Origin: Mobula hypostoma
Lineage: Eukaryota
Length of the DNA: 64,000 nucleotides
Reading direction: 5' to 3'
Assembly (NCBI RefSeq): GCF_963921235.1
Contig: NC_086107.1
Span: 106,208,001-106,272,000 of the forward strand
Positions 63,204 to 64,000 of this stretch are shown in pieces; the stretch's first letter is position 1, and each line of letters begins with the position of its first letter. Below the pieces are notes generated by a model, which did not search any database, was not told where the DNA came from, and worked only from the letters and a program-made list of their open reading frames with translations. The translations under genes were made by a program, and so were the position numbers.

Positions 63204-63244
63204 AAATGCCAAACTAAACTACACCCTTCTGCCCAGTCAGAGTC

Positions 63245-63800
63245 CAAATTCAAAGATTCAAAGATTCAAAAAACTTTATTGTCATTCTAACTGTACATCA
63301 GCTCTGCAGGGCAGAATGAGACAGCATTTCTCAGGAGCAGTGCAATCATAACATAACAAATGCAACACTAAATAATAAACATAACAATAAATAGTAAAAC
63401 ACAACAGCCACATGTCAGTTAAAATCAGTTATAAGTGTCCAGTGCAAGTTAAAAGTGTCCAAAAGCAGAGTCAGGTGGAGCAGCTATTTAGCAGTCTGAC
63501 TGCCTGTGGGAGGAAGCTGTTTAGTAGCCTTGTGGTTTTAGTTTTGATGCTCCTGTAATGTTTGCCTGATGGCAGAAGAACAAACAGTTCATGGAGAGGG
63601 TGTGAGGGGTCTTTAATGATGTACCGTGTCTTCTGGAGGCATCGACTCTGAAAGAGGTCTTGGACAGAAGGTAGGGAGACCCCAGTAACCTTCTCTGCTC
63701 CCCTAACCACCCTCTGCAAGGCTTTTTTGTCGACAGCACTGCAGCTGGAGTACCAGGTTGTGATGCAAAAGGTCAGCACACTCTCAACCACGCCTCCATT
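63245..63800 (-). mobile_element. Rex1/Babar LINE 3' fragment
   Basis: VESVLTFCITTWY...LQRVVRGAEKVTG...IIKDPSHPLHELFVLLPSGKHYRSIKTKTTRLLNSFLPQAVRLLN and a (TTTGAATC)n tail. Confidence 0.9.
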
Positions 63801-63859
63801 CTCTGCCCATCCATGCCCACCCACCCTAAAATGCCTCTATCATATTTACTTACACTATG

Positions 63860-64000
63860 GGATGGAGGGACAGATATTGTTAAGACCTCAGACAAAGCCA
63901 GGAATCAAAAGGTTGAGCATGGTGCCACTAACATCCTAAGCTGCGAGTATTTCAATGCAAGAAGTATTGTAAGAAAGCCAGATGAGCTCAGGGCATGAAT
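63860..64000 (+). mobile_element. Start of a CR1 ORF2 endonuclease region, running off the window
   Basis: LSCEYFNARSIVRKPDELRA matches the CR1 APE N-terminal motif. Confidence 0.7.

Overview
Eukaryotic, repeat-dense vertebrate DNA. The repeat families (HE1-type SINEs, CR1/HER1-type LINEs) point to a cartilaginous fish, probably a ray; this is an inference. Two host genes are supported, arranged head-to-head about 16 kb apart. (1) Coding exon 1 of neuronal pentraxin receptor (NPTXR, minus strand, 42665..42030). It appears to start at a CUG codon as in mammals and carries two tandem REST/NRSF RE1 sites inside its codons. No downstream exons were recognised in the window. (2) An intronless 965-aa Toll-like receptor of the TLR11/13/21 family, most like TLR21 (plus strand, 58662..61559). 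Bases 1..9340 are a 19-bp satellite. The rest is transposon debris: CR1, Rex1/Babar, RTE-like, Dong/R4, Penelope-like elements with minimal hammerhead ribozymes, Tc1 deletion derivatives, nested hATs and Chapaev3. Nearly all short ORFs in the supplied track are repeat-derived. Repeat boundaries were read by eye and are approximate unless a TSD or TIR is quoted. Family names come from remembered motifs, not database searches.
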